DNA of 64,000 nt. It comes from Eledone cirrhosa (lineage: Eukaryota). The translations under genes were made by a program, and so were the position numbers. Below are positions 60,452-64,000 of this stretch, piece after piece (within the stretch, counting starts at the first letter, position 1; every line of letters begins with the position of its first letter). The DNA is taken from the NCBI GenBank assembly GCA_964016885.1, contig OZ024755.1, positions 6,882,001 to 6,946,000 of the forward strand, in the 5' to 3' direction. The notes beneath the pieces were generated by a model. It ran no database searches and had not been told where the DNA came from. It saw nothing but the letters and a program-made list of their open reading frames with translations.

Positions 60452-60724
60452 GGAAAAGAATGAAATGAAAATTTCATTTCTCACTCTTAGTACGGTTGAT
60501 ACTTAAATATAAGTATGTATACGTACATACATATATGTATACAGACGTACAGTAATATGTATATATATATATATATACATACATGCACAAATATATATAG
60601 GTACGTATGGGTTTACCGAACATTTATTATAATGTTCGGTTTGTTTGTAAACAAACAGCCCGAATTAAGCCGTACAGTGTTCGGCAACCATCGTTGCCCT
60701 TTTGTTCAACACTGACAAAGAAAT

Positions 60725-60763
60725 GATGAAGTAGTTTCAAGCTTATTAACTATCGTCAGCATC
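60725..60763 (-). ncRNA. Hammerhead-like motif (family F, second copy)
   Basis: The reverse complement reads GATG-CTGACGA-tAGTT(aata)AGCTt-GAAAC-tactt-CATC. Stem I is GATG/CATC; the cleavage triplet is decayed. Confidence 0.6.
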
Positions 60764-61402
60764 GTATACCTTCCTGTCAGATGATTGAACGTTTGAAAGT
60801 ATATACTTTCCTTATGCATATTAACGGTTGAGCAGCCTAATTTGCATATCGAGTGAGTTAGTCGGCCGGGCGTACCGAAAACGATAAATGGAAAAGAATG
60901 AAACAAAGCTCTCAATTTTAAAGAGTTTCTATAAAAATTAAAATCTTGCAAAAAGAATTTTATAAGAACCTTATGTTAAGTTATTTCCTTAGCAATTGAT
61001 GAATTAGTAATTTCTGTAAATCTCACAAAATTCTTAATTAATTACTTGAGATAGAGTGTATTTCATTAGAGATACGGCGATGAAAGTGAATTACTATATC
61101 TATTAAAATATACCATAATTTTACATATGAAGTTATTGATTTAATAATGAAATAATCAATAATTTTTTTATAAATCCCTCAAACTTCTTCATTAATAACT
61201 CGAAATTAAAGATATAGTCATGAAATGGAAAATAAGTTTCGGATATATATATCACGTGACTTATGTATATAAATAGCCGTCGAAACGGCTTGAGCTCTGC
61301 TGTCGGGGTCTTGAACATTTTCCTATTACCCACTCTACTATCCTAAGTATTGAGTATTCTGGTGCGTTATGGTCCACCTGGTTCCTTACCACACTTACTT
61401 CG

Positions 61403-61500
<98 letters not shown>

Positions 61501-61699
61501 TATCGAGAATCGTATTTCGGCCTATGAAATAACGAAAAACAACCTCCGAGATGTGTGGCAAGTGCTCAATGGTTCAGATGAACCAGAGCTACAACATACG
61601 TTAAAGGCCAAACACACTGAGACGATGGTTAAACAATCATCCGCACAGCCAAAAAGACGATCAAGTAATTCGGGTCAAACAAATAAAAATATATGTGAA

Positions 61700-61782
<83 letters not shown>

Positions 61783-61783
<1 letters not shown>

Positions 61784-61960
61784 AATAGTTTTGGGGGGGC
61801 AAAGTCCTCAAACACTCCGTCCAGTGGATTCTCTCAGAAGCAACCGCCTCCAACTGGTCTGGGTGGATCCTCAAGTGAGACCAGCCAAGATCTTGGATGT
61901 TATCCAACCATCTTGCTCGTGGTCTACCCCTGGGTCTCCTGTCAGTTGGTTTTGTCCGTA
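61783..61960 (-). mobile_element. RTE-X-like 3' fragment
   Basis: KPTDRRPRGRPRARWLDNIQDLGWS..LEAVASER. Confidence 0.8.
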
Positions 61961-62374
61961 AAATATTACTTTTCTCTATAGTTTTAATTTCTAGCACACA
62001 CACACATGCAGGAATACATACATATTTCCCTGGTTGATGTTGTCTAAATCCAATAAAAATATGTAAAACATTCCAAATATTTTGCATCTAATAACTGCAT
62101 ATACACATTTACAGATACAATGCATATACACATGCACACATACAACTTAAAACATACACATCCACACATACAATAACATCCATATCTACACATGCATGCA
62201 TACATCACCTACCTAGTTGATATTGTGTAAATTCCAATGAAAGTCTTGTGTCTATGTTAGAAACCGACTCTCTCTCTATTGGTAACAAATTGTGAAATTA
62301 TAAAACCAGAAGAACATACATACATACATACATACATACATACGTACGTACGTACATACATACATACATACATA

Positions 62375-62563
62375 CATGGTGGCTGCCAACTCGTTTTCGA
62401 GTACGGCCACTACTTTATATCCATGTAGGAGAACCCCTACCGATGCGCTGAACGAGTGTGACATTTTAGTCCAGCCAGCGACTTGAAAACTCTGGTACAA
62501 ACACTACACTTGTGACAATCATTGACACATAGTGCTGGGTCTATGGTACCATGTGACGACATC
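62375..62563 (-). mobile_element. LINE 3' end with C2H2 finger, between (CATA)n tracts
   Basis: CHKCSVCTRVFKSLAGLKCHTRSAHR*. Confidence 0.8.
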
Positions 62564-62851
62564 CATACATACATACATACATACATACATACATACATAC
62601 ATACATACATACATACATACATACATACATACATACATACAAGTATAATCAATTAATACAAGTGTAAAATTATAGTCAATTAAACAGGTGGAAAAATAAT
62701 ACCATATGATACAAACCTATGTCTTAGATACATTGAAAGACTTGTCAAATATGAAGACAAACATGAAAAACCGAAACGGAAACAACGAAACGCATTTCGG
62801 TATTGTTAATGTTTCCATATATATGTATATTACAATGTGTGTATAATATAT

Positions 62852-62928
<77 letters not shown>

Positions 62929-62947
62929 TATATAGATATATAGATAT

Positions 62948-62998
<51 letters not shown>

Positions 62999-63088
62999 AT
63001 AGTCTATAATATTTCTCTGTGTTTCTGTATATATGAGTGAAAATGAAAAACCAGCTGTACAGACAGACAGACACACACACACACACAC

Positions 63089-63188
<100 letters not shown>

Positions 63189-63462
63189 CCATCGCTAAAA
63201 CAATATTTCTACGAGAGAAACCATGTAAATTCGGATGTACATGATTACATGAACAGGGTGTATAAAATATTATATACATGTAATGTGTGTGTATAATGTT
63301 AAATACGAGCATAACATTATTTTCTGGTTATTATTTGGTCAGTCACACTGATATGTATTGTTTGTGCGTGTGCATGTTATGTTGTGTGTGTATGGTGTAT
63401 GTATGTGTGATGTGTGTGTATGAATGAGCGCGAGTATATGTGCATGTATGATTATAATATAT

Positions 63463-63498
<36 letters not shown>

Positions 63499-63565
63499 TG
63501 TTATACTTGGGGAGGGTCATATTTGTGTAATAATATTGCCAGAATTAATAACAGAACATCGCCGT

Positions 63566-63598
<33 letters not shown>

Positions 63599-63696
63599 TA
63601 ATATATATAAATAATATATATAAATATATATATATAAATATATATATATAAATATATATATATAAATATATATATATGAATATAAATATATATATA

Positions 63697-63792
<96 letters not shown>

Positions 63793-63796
63793 TAGA

Positions 63797-64000
63797 TAGT
63801 AGCTTGTATCCTTGTTTCCAGATCTGTTGTTATTGTCCAAGACTCAGAAGCATACAAGAATATGGACATGATCAATGAAGCACATCAGTGTGATCTTTGA
63901 ACTGAGGTCTACGTTCTTGTCATTCTAGATGGTTGTCATTCCAGATGTTTGTAAATGCTGCTGTGATCTGGGCAGATCTGGCGAATACTTCGGGTTTAGA
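63797..64000 (-). mobile_element. RTE RT C-terminal fragment
   Basis: The minus strand reads [23 protein letters not shown] (cf. LYGxExW). Confidence 0.7.

Noticed and set aside
62437-62520. C2H2 zinc-finger host gene exon
   Set aside because: It is a single finger followed by a stop and a repeat tail, present in three or four near-identical copies, which indicates a LINE terminus.

Overview
This is AT-rich, microsatellite-saturated animal DNA. The repeat landscape and SINE families resemble coleoid cephalopod (Octopus-like) intergenic or intronic sequence, but that assignment is inference. I found no host protein-coding exon, and nearly all ORF-track entries are translated simple repeats. 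The one clear gene is an intron-containing tRNA-Ile(TAT) at 37784-37878, followed by a truncated tandem copy. The rest is retroelement debris: tRNA-derived SINEs, RTE-type fragments, two R4/Dong-like fragments in (TAA)n, an array of Tx1/L1-like 3' ends in (TATC)n, a decayed mariner, and a Penelope-like GIY-YIG C-terminus that the ORF track missed. The most notable signal is a set of short (about 60-350 bp) non-coding modules embedded in (TA)n tracts. Many form long fold-back palindromes, and at least six unrelated modules carry type I hammerhead-ribozyme cores (CUGANGA...GAAA-stem III-NUH-stem I). Three of these share an atypical U-U at positions 10.1/11.1. I interpret them as Penelope pLTR-derived or retrozyme-like non-autonomous elements. 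All structures were read by eye, and boundaries of decayed repeats are approximate.
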